From assembly GCF_000008305.1 (NCBI RefSeq), contig NC_006055.1:660001-692000 (forward strand): a stretch of 32,000 nt of DNA. Reading direction: 5' to 3'. Below are positions 1 through 10,869 of the stretch, one piece after another. Made by a program: the position numbers and the translations under genes. Under the pieces are notes generated by a model. That model ran no database searches and was not told the origin of the DNA. It worked only from the letters and a program-made list of their open reading frames with translations. The stretch's first letter is position 1, and the number at the start of each line of letters is the position of its first letter. The stretch comes from Mesoplasma florum L1. GTDB lineage: Bacteria; Bacillota_I; Bacilli_A; Mycoplasmatales; Mycoplasmataceae.

Positions 1-457
1 ATTTAGTCTTATCATATTTTGACATTAAGAAAAGAAAAAGTATGTTTCCTAAATATAATAGACACCATGGTAGTAATATAAATCATAATTCGCGTTCAAA
101 TATATCCTTGAATTTTAATTTTTCGCTTGCTTTAAATTTCACTAACTTTATTCTAAAAATAATTTTTCCTACTGTTTTACCATTAAAAAAGTATGGTAGT
201 AAAACAAAGTAGGAAAAATTTCATATTAATGCTGCTGAAAAAATTATAAATAAGAAAATTCAATTACCTTCTTTAGCTTGATCTTTAAAGATAAATCCTA
301 AAATTAAAAATAATAAAGAACTAATAATTAAATCTGTAAGTCTTGCAAAAAATATTTTTCATAAACTTGGTAAATAAAATTCATTTTCCTTTAATGCGTT
401 TTCTTCTACTTTTAATAATTCATAATTTCCATCAACATTTTTATTTACTTCAAACAT
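1..457 (-). CDS. RDD-like family membrane protein (partial, runs off the left edge)
   Basis: Open frame (TGA=Trp) on minus strand from ATG at 457: MFEVNKNVDGNYELLKVEENALKENEFYLPSLWKIFFARLTDLIISSLFLLILGF...; the 'FFARLTDLI' start and later 'NGKTVGKIIFRIKLV' segment resemble RDD family motifs. Confidence 0.6.
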
Positions 458-463
458 TATCAA

Positions 464-1423
464 TTATCCTAATTTTTTTAGTCGTTCATTAATAAAGCTA
501 TTGAAATTTTCCATTCTTATTGTGAAATCTGGGTTTGCGTTTTCTAAGAAAATTGCATTTTGTGTTGTGAATTCCTTCACTTTTCTGTCAAGTTTTGTAT
601 TAACAAATAAAATTGCTTTTTTATTAATAGCTGGATTCTTGATGCTTTTTGAAAGATTCAAGAAATCATATGCCATACAGTAATTGGCTGCAAAGTTTAA
701 TTCATCTTTAAATTCTTTATATGTTCCAATTCTTCTGTAGTAGTTTAATACGTGAGGTCATTGATTAACTATATCAAAAATTGAGTATTTAGGTACAGAT
801 ACTTTATGTTTAAATAAAACATCTCCTGATAAATAAAAGTTTCTTGAGTGTGCAAGTGCCATAAATAAAAATAACATATCAAATCTAACATTCTTTTTGA
901 AAGTTATTCTAAAATCTTTTATAAATTTACTTCTAAATAATTTACCATAAATTTCTTGTGAAATATAAGCAAATACTTCTTTATTATCTTGTAAATCATA
1001 CAATTTATTTGTTTCTAATAATGGTTGTGTATCACCCTCAAATAAATTTGATTGTTCATACTGAACTTCAATTAAATCTATTTTAGCTTCGTTTGATTCA
1101 ACAATGTTTTGTACTGTCTGTACATAATTTTCATTAATTAAATCCCCTTCTTTTAAAAATGAAACATACTCACCGCGAGCTAACTCTATCCCATTATTTC
1201 AATTTAATGATTCTCCTTGACCTTTTGAATTAAAGATTAGCATAATTTTGTCGTTTTCAATAAACTGATCTCTAACAAAATCTATAGCTTCTTTTTCAAT
1301 GTTTGGTTCGTCAACTACTATGATTAACTCATATGAATCATTAGTTTGTTTTTTTAGTGTATTAATTGTTTTAAATAATTTTTCTTCTCTAGCTTGGCTA
1401 GAAATAATAAATGAAACTAACAT
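464..1423 (-). CDS. family 2 glycosyltransferase-like protein (319 aa)
   Basis: ORFs 1199-1423, 758-1003 and 464-676 share a frame and join when TGA=Trp; N-terminus MLVSFIISSQAREEKLFKTINTLKKQTNDSYELIIVVDEPN is typical of the GT2 nucleotide-sugar binding fold. Confidence 0.75.
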
Positions 1424-1595
1424 TCTTTTACCTCTCTTGAATATAACTATATATATTTTACACTAAAAGGTATTTTTTTGTTATTTATTCCTTTAAGTAG
1501 TTATCGATGAACCTAATTATTTTTTAAAATGATTTTAAGATATAATAATAAATAACGAGAATACAATAAGTTTTTTAACATGAAAGGATGATATT

Positions 1596-2198
1596 ATGAG
1601 TATAAAAAATTATTTATTACAAAATGAAATACCAACTAACGAATGATTAACAAAAGATGATAACAAAGAAGTAATTAGATCTGTTTCTACAAAAGTAGCA
1701 GATGTTAATAACTTATCAAAAGATGAAGAACTAACAATGAAAAAATTAATTGATTTTGTTGTAGCTAGTCAAGACGAAGAATTTAATTATGAAGGTAAAG
1801 AAGACTATTTACGTCCCGCTGTAGGGCTTGCCGCACCTCAAATTGGTGTAAATAAAGATATGTTTTATATTAGATTTAATTTACCAAACAACCAAATAGA
1901 AGAGTATGCAATGATTAACACAGAATACCTGGCAAAATCATCAAGAATGGCAGCATTAGAAGAAGGCGAAGGATGTTTAAGTGTTGATGAAGACAAACAT
2001 GGAATTGTCCCAAGATCTTGAATAATTTCTGTTAAGGGGTTTGACTGATTAAAAAAAGAATGAGTCGAATTAAAACTTAAAGACTATCGCTCTATTGTTT
2101 TTCAACATGAAATGGACCACAATATTGGTAACTTATACTATGACCATATTAATGTTAATGAACCTGAATTTATTGGCGAAGATTGAGTTGTTCTTTAA
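1596..2198 (+). CDS. def: peptide deformylase
   Basis: Motifs GLAAPQIG, EGCLSV and QHEMDH (translated with TGA=Trp); ATG at 1596 with upstream AAAGGATGA; stop TAA 2196-2198. Confidence 0.95.
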
Positions 2199-2346
2199 TT
2201 TATGATATTATCAATTTAACAAAAAACAAATTACATATTAAATGTTAAGTCATTATATTTTAATTAATAATCATAAAAATGAAAATTTAATAGTTAAAAC
2301 ATAAGTAATATTTATGTATGTTTATTTTATATAAAATGGAGGAAAA

Positions 2347-4113
2347 ATGGAAAAGGAAAAAATAACTTCTACTAATCAAATTATTGAAAAAGAAGATTTT
2401 GAACCTTTTGTTTTTAAACAAAAAGAAGTTCAAAGAAAATATATTAAAACTGAATCACCAACTAAAGTTTTTGCTTTAGGTGGACTTGAAGAAATTGGTA
2501 AAAATACTTACTGTATAGAACATGAAAACGAAATTATTATGATTGATGCTGGAGTTAAGTTCCCAGATGATTCTATGTTAGGTATTAATGCAGTTATCCC
2601 TGATTATTCATATTTAAAAGAAAATGAATCAAAAATAAAAGCGCTTTTCATAACTCATGGACATGAAGATCACATTGGTGGAATTCACTATTTAGTTAAA
2701 CAAGTTAATATACCTGTTATTTATGCACCTGAATTAGCTGCTGCTTTAATTAGAGATAGATTGAAAGAACATAAATTAACTGACAAAACAATTGTTAAAG
2801 AATACGTTGCTGATGATATATGAGCAACTAAAAATTTACGTGTAAGTTATGCAGCTTTAAACCACTCTATTCCTGATGCTTTTGGTATTTTAGTAGAAAC
2901 ACCAAATGGAAATATTTTTTCAACAGGGGATTATAAATTTGACTGATCACCTTTAGGACACTTTGCTGAATTAAGTAAATTAGCCAGCATGGGTGATAAA
3001 GGAATTGAACTTTTAATGTCTGATTCAACAAATGCTGAAGTTGAAGGTTATACACCTGGTGAAAAAGGAATTATTGAAAATATCGATAAATTGTTCTTAA
3101 AAGCAAAAGGTAGAATTTTTATTACAACTTTTGCTTCTAACGTTCACCGTATTCAACAAATTGTTGAGTTAGCTAACAAATATGATAAAAAAGTTGTTAT
3201 CCTTGGAAGATCAATTGAAAGAATTATTAAAATAATCCGTCAAATGGGTCACTTAAAAATTAATGATAAAATGTTTATTAAAGCAAATGACATTGATAAA
3301 CATCCAGCAAATAAAATAATGATTATTTCTACAGGTAGCCAAGGTGAACCAATGGCAGCTCTTTCAAGAATTGCTACAAATAGACACCAATCTATTTCTA
3401 TTATTCCTGGTGATACAGTTATTTTCTCTTCATCACCAATACCTGGAAATAGAGCTGATGTTGAAATCTTAATTAATAGACTAACTAGAATTGGTGCTAA
3501 TGTTATTGAATCTTCACCAAGCAACAGAATTCATACTTCAGGTCACGCTAGTCAAGAAGAGCAAAAATTATTATTTACATTATTAAGACCAAATTACTTT
3601 ATGCCAATGCATGGTGAGTTCAGAATGTTAAAAAAACATATTGAAACAGCTGAATCTGTTAACCTACAAAAAGGGCATGGATTTGTTATGGCAAATGGTG
3701 ATCAATTAGAATTATTACAAGGTAATGCTCAAATTGGTAAACGTGTTGATGCTGATGCTATTTATGTAGATGGAAAAGATATGACAGCTCATGCTTCAAA
3801 CATAATTAGAGAACGTGACATATTAAGTAAAGACGGTTTAATTTCAGTTGTTGTTTCAATTGATTCTCAAACTAATAAATTATTATGTGCGCCCAGAATT
3901 ATTTCACGTGGAAGTTTTTATGTAAAAGATTCAGGTAATGTAATTAGTGAAGCAATTACAATTGTTACAGAAGCTATAAATGAAGTGCTAAATTCTAATA
4001 AACCTACATTTGGTGCAATAAAAAAAGCGATTAAGCAATCACTTTCTCCATATATATTTAAAACTAAACGTAGAAATCCATTAATCATTCCAGTTATATT
4101 AAACAAAAAATAA
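2347..4113 (+). CDS. rnj: ribonuclease J (metallo-beta-lactamase/beta-CASP family)
   Basis: HGHEDHIGG metal site, '[17 protein letters not shown]' N-terminus, beta-CASP '[10 protein letters not shown]'; ORFs 2347-2823 and 2989-4113 are in frame; SD GGAGG upstream. Confidence 0.95.
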
Positions 4114-4137
4114 GAGTTTTTAAACTCTTATTTTTTT
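4111..4137. terminator. bidirectional intrinsic terminator between convergent rnj and the ABC permease gene
   Basis: TAAGAGTTT-TT-AAACTCTTA hairpin followed by TTTTTTT; overlaps the stop codons of both genes. Confidence 0.85.
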
Positions 4138-6751
4138 AATAATTAATGTTTGTGATTTTTAACTTTTTAATATTTTTTGAATATTTAATAGAATTCTTTA
4201 AGTCTTTTCGTGTTTTTAAATCTGTTGTTGTTTTTAATGATTTTCTAAATTTAATTATTTCTAATTTTGATTCTTGTCTAACTTGTACAACTCAAGCTTT
4301 TCTTTTTGAAGCAAAATCTTTTTTATTATTCTTGAATTTTAATTCTTCTAATTTGACAATATTATTGTCAGTTATTGAACTATCATATTTTTTTCTAATA
4401 TCATAGAAATCTATATATGCCTTATTTCATGCATCTTTAAATGATAGCTTTTCTTCTTTTTTCATTGCTATTGCATTATTTAATATAGTTTGATTTGTGT
4501 AAGCATATAAAGACATTGATTCTTCATATGATAATTTAGAGTCTATATTTAATTGTTTTTCATTTGATTTAAAAGTTGCAAAGTATCTTTGATTTACAAA
4601 ATTTATTATTGAAGAAATTCAATTTAAATTAGTTCCAAATGAAAGTTTATTTCTTATTGAAGCTGAAATAAATTCAATTAATAGTGTAAATAAAATAATA
4701 CCGAATAATAACGCTCCAAATTCATTAAAATATTGATCAGAAAAATATGAATTTAATAAATATCCCATATTACCAGCTCCGACAGCACCTAACATTGCAA
4801 CTTCTTTAAAGTTTATATCAAATCTATAAATAATATTTGACATCGCTGCTGTTGATGTTTGAGACATTATCCCATATCTTAATTTGGTAAATCAATTAAC
4901 TCCTGTTGCTTCAAGTTGAAAAATTATTTTTTGATTTATATCATCAAATAACTCTCTATTATATTTTGTAAGCATACCTATAGTTCCCATAATAAGCGCT
5001 AATACACCTGTAAAAGGACCCATTCCAACAACAATTACAAATATTAATGCATAAATATAACTTGGGATTGCCCTCATCATTGATGTTAATGCGACAAAAA
5101 TTCTTGCTACATATTTATTAACAATTTTTTCTGATGATAACATACCTAGTACATATGCAATCACTGCACCTATAAAAGTTCCTACAACTGCTATCGATAA
5201 AGTTTCATATAAAAGATACATAACACTATAGGGTGCATTACTGTTTCCACCATTTGCTTTAGAAATGAATAACGATGATCAATTTATTTTTAAAATTTCT
5301 AATAAATTTTTATTTGTTGCTTCAATTAATTCTTTTGATGAAAGTTTAAATTCTAGTAATGTTAATGTGTAAATGAAGAAACCTAAAATTATTGCATATA
5401 AAACTATTCTTTTAATATAATTTTTAGGTTCACTTCTTAAAACTTTCTCAACAGATAGATTTTCAATAAAATTTTTATGAGCATCAGCTCTTTCATTTTT
5501 TATTTCTTCTATTTTTGCATTTTTAATTTCATTAACTTTAAATTTAAATTTTACTTTATTTACTTTATCTATTCTATAACGTAAGCCAGTTTCAAAATCT
5601 TTTGCATACAAGTCAAAACTATTTGGATTTGATTTCTTTAATTTTTTATAAGCTTCGATGTCATTTTCTATTTTAGTACTTAAGTCACTTTTAAAGTTAT
5701 TTATTAATTCTTTTTTTTCCTCTACCAATTTTTTGGTATTTTCTTGGCTTTTAGAATCATTTATTTTTTTATCTATATCTACACAAAGTACATTTTTAAT
5801 ATAAAAATTAATGTCTTTTTGAGATTTTATTTTATTTATTTTTTTATCAAATTTTCTTTGCTCTTTACCATCTATTCTAAAATCTTTATCTTCAATAATG
5901 TAATTTCTAATTAATCATATTGAAAGTTCTAAAAATAGTATAACTGCAACTAATAGAGTTAATAAGAAACCAACTCTATTTCACTCATTATAGTCAACTG
6001 CATTGTTTATCATTTGACCTATTCCCATTCTTGTTACACCCGCAATGATTGAAACGTATCTTATGTTAGTTTCAAGAGAGTAAAACATTATTGAAAGTAC
6101 ATGATGAGATACCTGAGGTCAAACAGCTGCTCTAAATGATACAGATTTATTAGCTCCAGTTGATTGAGAAGCAGTAAATATTTTAATATTTATTTGTTCT
6201 ATTCTTTCATACAATGTTTTACCTGAAATTGAAAATGTAAACATAGTTAATGAAAGTGTTACTGTGAAAGTGGTAGCACCAAAATAATTTACAAGAACTA
6301 ATGCATACACAAATGATGGTATAGTTCTGAATATTGAAAGTATAAGTCTAGCTATAAAATTTACAGATTTATTTTTTACAATATTTGAAGAAGCTAAAAT
6401 AGCTACGGGAATTGCAATTACAACACCAATAACAGTTCCAGCAAATGCCATAACGATAGTGTCTCATATAGAAACAAAAGCGTTATATAAAAATGAGTGC
6501 CCTGTTCCATTTATTGTGCTAAAGTCAGTTCAATCTCATTTAAACATTTCACCTATTCTTTCAAAAAGACTAGGCATATCTCTAAAAAACTCTAATCATT
6601 TTGAATCTAATGTAAAAAATGAGAGTATTACTATAAAAAGCGTAAATAAAGTTATTGATCAAAAGAATATTTTTTTTGGGGATTTTGAATAGTTATCTTT
6701 TATCTTGAATGCTTTTTGATTCAAAATAGAATTTGATAATCTTTTAGTCAT
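4136..6751 (-). CDS. ABC transporter permease, two PhnE-like permease domains fused in one polypeptide (about 871 aa)
   Basis: ORFs 6119-6451, 5279-5728, 4892-5221 and 4619-4867 share one minus-strand frame. Two homologous cores (FAGTVIGVVIAIPVAILAS...FRTIPSFVYALV...GATTFTVTLSLTMF and VVGTFIGAVIAYVLGMLSS...MRAIPSYIYALIFVIVVGMGPFTGVLAL). ATG overlaps the stop of the upstream ATPase gene (TAATG). Confidence 0.85.
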
Positions 6752-7500
6752 TATTTTCCGTAAATTTCTTCTAATTTGGATTCATTTAATTTTTTAGGGT
6801 CCCCATCAAATACTATTTCTCCATCTTTTAATCCTATTATTCGATCACAATATTTTAATGCTAAATCGACATGATGAATATTTATAATAACTGTTATATT
6901 TAATTCCGAGTTAATTTTCTTAAAATCTTCCATAACTCTATTTGCTAATATTGGGTCAAGTGCTGAAACAGGTTCATCTGCTATTATTATTTTAGGATTT
7001 TGATTTATTGTTCTTGCTAAAGCAACACGTTGTTGCTGACCACCAGACAAATTATCAGCCCTAATATATGAAAACTCAAGTAAATTAAGTTTTTCAAGAG
7101 CTGCAAGAGCATTTTGTTTTTCTTCTTTGGTAAAAAAACCTGCCATTGCTCTAAAAAAATTCATTTGAGCAACTCTTGAGTTTAAAACATTTTTTAAAAC
7201 TGTTTGTTTTTCAATGTTGTTATACTCTTGTGACATTAACCCAATGTGTTTTCTTAAATTTCTTAAAGATTTACCTTTAGTTTTATTAATTTCATATTTT
7301 TCATTTTCATTTATATCAATAAAAATTTCTCCAGAGCTAATATTATTTATCTTATTTATGGTTTTCAACAATGTAGTTTTACCAGCTCCTGATAAACCAA
7401 TAACAGCAACAAATTCACCCGCATTAATTTTTAAATTAATGTCTTTTAAAACATGTTTTCCATTTGGTCAAACTTTTTCAACTTTTTTAAATTCTATCAT
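6751..7500 (-). CDS. phnC: phosphonate-type ABC transporter ATP-binding protein (PhnC-like)
   Basis: Walker A GLSGAGKTT, signature LSGGQQQRVALAR, Walker B PKIIIADEP; overall PhnC-like architecture; start ATG at 7500, stop TAA at 6751. Confidence 0.88.
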
Positions 7501-7518
7501 TATATTCACTTAGCAAGC

Positions 7519-7541
7519 AAAATACGCAAAATGCGTATTTT
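7519..7541 (-). other. intercistronic hairpin between the lipoprotein and ATPase genes
   Basis: AAAATACGCA-AAA-TGCGTATTTT, a 10-bp perfect stem with 3-nt loop in the only sizeable gap of the operon. Confidence 0.6.
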
Positions 7542-7569
7542 AACTATCTTTCTATTAAAATTTCTTTTA

Positions 7570-8787
7570 CTAAAGATCTTTTATTAATGCTTCAATTTTT
7601 TCTGCTTCAACACTAGTAACAGTTATTTCTTTATCTAATGCTGTTTCTCATTCAATTGGGGCTTGTTCTCCTTCAGGGCCAATATAATCTGCATGATTGT
7701 AAACATTAAAAATTTCTTTGTTTTCTTCTTTACTAATAAGATCTTTGAATGAATCTCTTAAGTCTTTTATAACTTTATCATCATTCACTCTTTTTCTAGA
7801 ATACATTATTCCGTCATTTATTATTTTGTCAGTCATTCCAATAACACTTGTATTTTTAAAAGCTTTTATTGAAGCTGCTTCATCTTTAATTTCGTATCTA
7901 ATATCACTGAAACCAACAGCAACACTTTCTGAATTAGATACAACTTCTGCAGCACTTGGATAATTCTCTTGTTTTTTTGAGTTTATGTATATGTATTTAA
8001 CTTGTTGATCGTTAAATTTGGCTACATTTTTAAGTCACATCAAAGGATAAATAGTACCTGCACTTGAAGTTTTACTTTTAGAAACAGCAAAATTTACAGT
8101 TCCCTTTGCTTCATCACCTTTTGCATCTGGTAAAATTAATTTTCTCAAAGTTTCTCCATATGAATCATCTTGAATTGAAGAAATATCAATTCCTTGTTTT
8201 TCCAATAATTTATTGTTAACGTATACATATGATCTATAATATGCTGATTTTTCTTTTGTATCTAAATATTTTTCTCTAATTTGTTCTTTTGTAATATTTT
8301 CTTCTTCTGAAATATCCAATAATTCATTATAATTTTTTGCATATTTTAATGAGTCACTTTGTGTTATAGGACCATCTGGCATACCAGCTTCAACACTATA
8401 TGCATCTCTAGAAGATTCAAGAAGAATACCTAGTTTGTCATATGTTCCGTCTTCTTTCAGAGTACCTTTATTTTTATTGTAAGTTCCTACTGGTAAAAAT
8501 GCTAAATCAGCTTTACCAGCAGCCAATGTTGATCCAGCAGCTTCATAATTTGTAGAAGTTGAAATTTTAACTTTTTTAGTAAATGTTTCGCCACGCTCTT
8601 CAGCTCTTGCTTTCATTTCTGCTTGTAGTTTTCCTTCCAATGGTTTAACTGTGTTAATAACTTCAGTTGCATTATTTGATGGAATAAAAATAATGTCAAA
8701 TGTATCTGTTGTTCCACATGAGACAACTGTTGTTGCAGCTGTTCCTGTTAATCCAATTGCGCCAACTATTGCTAATAATTTTTTCAT
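7570..8787 (-). CDS. phosphonate-type ABC transporter substrate-binding lipoprotein (PhnD-like)
   Basis: Lipoprotein signal MKKLLAIVGAIGLTGTAATTVVSC; SBP features 'IIFIPSNNATEV...STNYEAAGSTLAAGKADLAFLPVGTY'; in-frame ORFs 8035-8787 and 7648-7836 with TGA=Trp; followed by ATPase and permease genes. Confidence 0.85.
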
Positions 8788-8841
8788 ATTTCCCCCTATT
8801 TTGAAAAAACCAACTTAAAGAAAAACTTTAAAAAATAGAAA

Positions 8842-8870
8842 AAAGAGGTTTTTTTTTACAAAAAACCTCT
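8842..8870 (-). terminator. intrinsic terminator between riboswitch aptamer and lipoprotein gene (probable expression platform)
   Basis: On the minus strand: AGAGGTTTTTTGTAAAAAAAAACCTCTTTTTT; a strong stem followed by a U-run immediately downstream of the aptamer. Confidence 0.85.
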
Positions 8871-8874
8871 ACAC

Positions 8875-8937
8875 ACTTATAGTCCCGAGATTGGTCCCGG
8901 GGCGGTTCAGTAGCCCATTATGCTACCCTGTATAAGT
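8875..8937 (-). promoter_or_regulatory. purine riboswitch aptamer, guanine / 2'-deoxyguanosine variant class
   Basis: Minus strand: ACTTATACAGGGTAGCATAATGGGCTACTGAACCGCCCCGGGACCAATCTCGGGACTATAAGT. P1 ACTTATA/TATAAGT, P2 GTAG/CTAC with L2 CATAATGG, P3 CCCGGG/CTCGGG with L3 ACCAAT (GG-CC loop contact possible), J3/1 C as in guanine-type aptamers. From memory it closely matches the structurally characterised Mesoplasma florum 2'-dG aptamer. Confidence 0.87.
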
Positions 8938-9081
8938 TTTTCTTATTAAGTTGTTATTTACATTTTAAACATATTTTTAAAAACAAACAATAGTTTATGA
9001 AAAAAATATTTTTTTCTTACATTATACTTTTACAGGTAAAAATATTATAATTAATCTAACCATAAAAGGAGATTATAAAAT

Positions 9082-10032
9082 ATGGCTATAAATAGAAATT
9101 ATGGGCGAAGCTATATTCCTAGAGGGTTTATAAAATTTGCTCAAATATTAGGTACAGCAGTAACAGCTCTTATTCTAATAATGACAATTTACTTTTTTTC
9201 AAGTAGTGATTTCTTGGGTTCAGGTGATCCAAACACAGTTACATTTAGTTCTTTAATAATTGGTATCGAGATTTACTTCTTGTGAAAATCAATATATTCA
9301 GCATATGTGATAATTAGTTATTTAAATTCTGCTTCAGATGAAGAAGTAATTGCTAATAGATATATACTTGCAATTTTGAGTGTTGGGGTTGGAGGATTAA
9401 TTACACCTTTCATACTAACATCATTACCAAACATTGAAACTCAATCTTCAATGAATCCAAGAGCATTCTTGGCAAAACATTTAGGATTAACAATGTTAAT
9501 CGGTTTTACATTATTTTTAGTATCTTTTGTTTGAATTACTTTATCATCAGGAATAACATTTAATGAACTAATTGATACAAGTACTGATTTTGGATTAATC
9601 GGATTCTTATCTTTAACTTTATCAATTGTTGGTTGATTAATAGGTGTACTTGGATTTGGATTATTTTCAAGAAGCAATTCATCTGATTTAATGAAAGAAA
9701 AGAACTTACAAGGATATATGATGCAAATAGTTGGTGTTATTTTTACAATCATTGCCACTTTAGAATTAGTATTCTTAATTATAATGGCTATCTTTAGATT
9801 AATAGGTGTTATATTCCAATCATTTAGTTATATGAACCGTTACGACGGATTCCTTAAAGTATTCGCAATATTCTTGGCATTTTCTAGAATAGGACTTGAA
9901 ATTTGATATGTTACTTGAGTTGTTTCAATGTATTCAAAAATTATTTCAGGGCTTTGATCAAAAGAACAAGTTATTAAAATTAATAACTTTGAAAAAGTTG
10001 ATGAAGCTAGAGTTCAGGAACAAAAAGCATAA
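9082..10032 (+). CDS. hypothetical multi-pass membrane protein
   Basis: Single frame with TGA=Trp (ORFs 9082-9285, 9307-9534, 9691-9906); SD AAAGGAG; about 6-7 hydrophobic segments; stop TAA 10030-10032. Confidence 0.75.
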
Positions 10033-10060
10033 AAAAACGGATTTAACTCCGTTTTTTTTA
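10033..10060 (+). terminator. intrinsic terminator after the 9082-10032 membrane protein gene
   Basis: AAAAAAACGGA-TTTAA-CTCCGTTTTTTTT hairpin plus U-run. Confidence 0.75.
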
Positions 10061-10095
10061 TTATGAAATATTAATCGAATTCTAAAACAAATATG

Positions 10096-10602
10096 TTATT
10101 TTAATTCTTTTTTAGCTTTTTTAAGTGCTGCATCATAAATCATCTTTGCTTCTTCATCAATGTAGTCATTAGCATGTTCTCCATTTTTAACAAAAGATAA
10201 TGCATACGCATAGCCACCAAACCCTGAGACAAAACATAAAACAAAAAATATACCACAAAATACAAGTTCAATAATTCCTTTAGTTTTTTTGGCTTCATCA
10301 ATTATCACATGATTATTTAAATCTTCTCAATCATAGCTTTTAGAAGTAAATAAATCTATCATTCCAACAGACATCAAAATGGAAGCAATAACAACAAAAA
10401 TAAGAGCTAAAATAACTCATGGTAATATTTTTTTATTAACTGTCTTATAACATCCCATATGACTTGTGTATATTCTTCCACTTGTTGACACAAAACCTAA
10501 ATTTGAATTATTAGGAGTATAAATAGCACCAGCTGAACTTTGACCACTTCTGCTTAATTGGTATGGTTTTATTGGTTTTTTACAATAGTTACAATTTTTC
10601 AT
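10096..10602 (-). CDS. small protein with N-terminal Cys/His (putative zinc-binding) segment and C-terminal transmembrane helices
   Basis: ORFs 10417-10602 and 10096-10308 are in frame with TGA=Trp; MKNCNYCKKPIKPYQLSRSGQ...YTSHMGCYK followed by two hydrophobic segments; SD AAGGAGAT upstream of ATG. Confidence 0.7.
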
Positions 10603-10668
10603 ATTATCTCCTTTACTTATTATATTTTATAACTTTAAAAATAATATTTTTATATAATATAAATATAA

Positions 10669-10779
10669 CATTTTCGGGGCAAGGCGAAATTCCTTACCGA
10701 TGGTAATAGTCCATGAACCTTAATTGGTTGATTCAGTGAAATTCTGAAACCGACGGTATAGTCCGGATGGTAGAAAATG
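10669..10779 (+). promoter_or_regulatory. FMN riboswitch (RFN element) aptamer
   Basis: CATTTTCGGGGCAAGGCGAAATTCCTTACCGATGGTAATAGTCCATGAACC...TTGGTTGATTCAGTGAAATTCTGAAACCGACGGTATAGTCCGGATGGTAGAAAATG contains the conserved RFN blocks; P1 CATTTTC/GAAAATG closes the element. Confidence 0.96.
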
Positions 10780-10824
10780 TCAGCTAACAATAAACAATTT
10801 TTTGTTTAATTTTTTGCTGTCCGC

Positions 10825-10849
10825 CTCGCTTTTTTATAAGCGTTTTTTT
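10825..10849 (+). terminator. hairpin plus U-run between FMN aptamer and RibU-like gene (probable expression platform)
   Basis: CGCTTTTTTATAAGCG followed by a run of T; located between the aptamer and the SD of the next gene. Confidence 0.6.
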
Positions 10850-10869
10850 ATACTTGAAAGGAGGATAAT

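Noticed and set aside
4111-4137. Palindrome as possible mobile-element or IS end
   Set aside because: No target-site duplication, no transposase; best explained as a bidirectional terminator between convergent genes.
4146-4406. Plus-strand ORF MFVIFNFLIFFEYLIEFF...
   Set aside because: Antisense to the C-terminal part of the fused permease gene; low-complexity product, no SD support.
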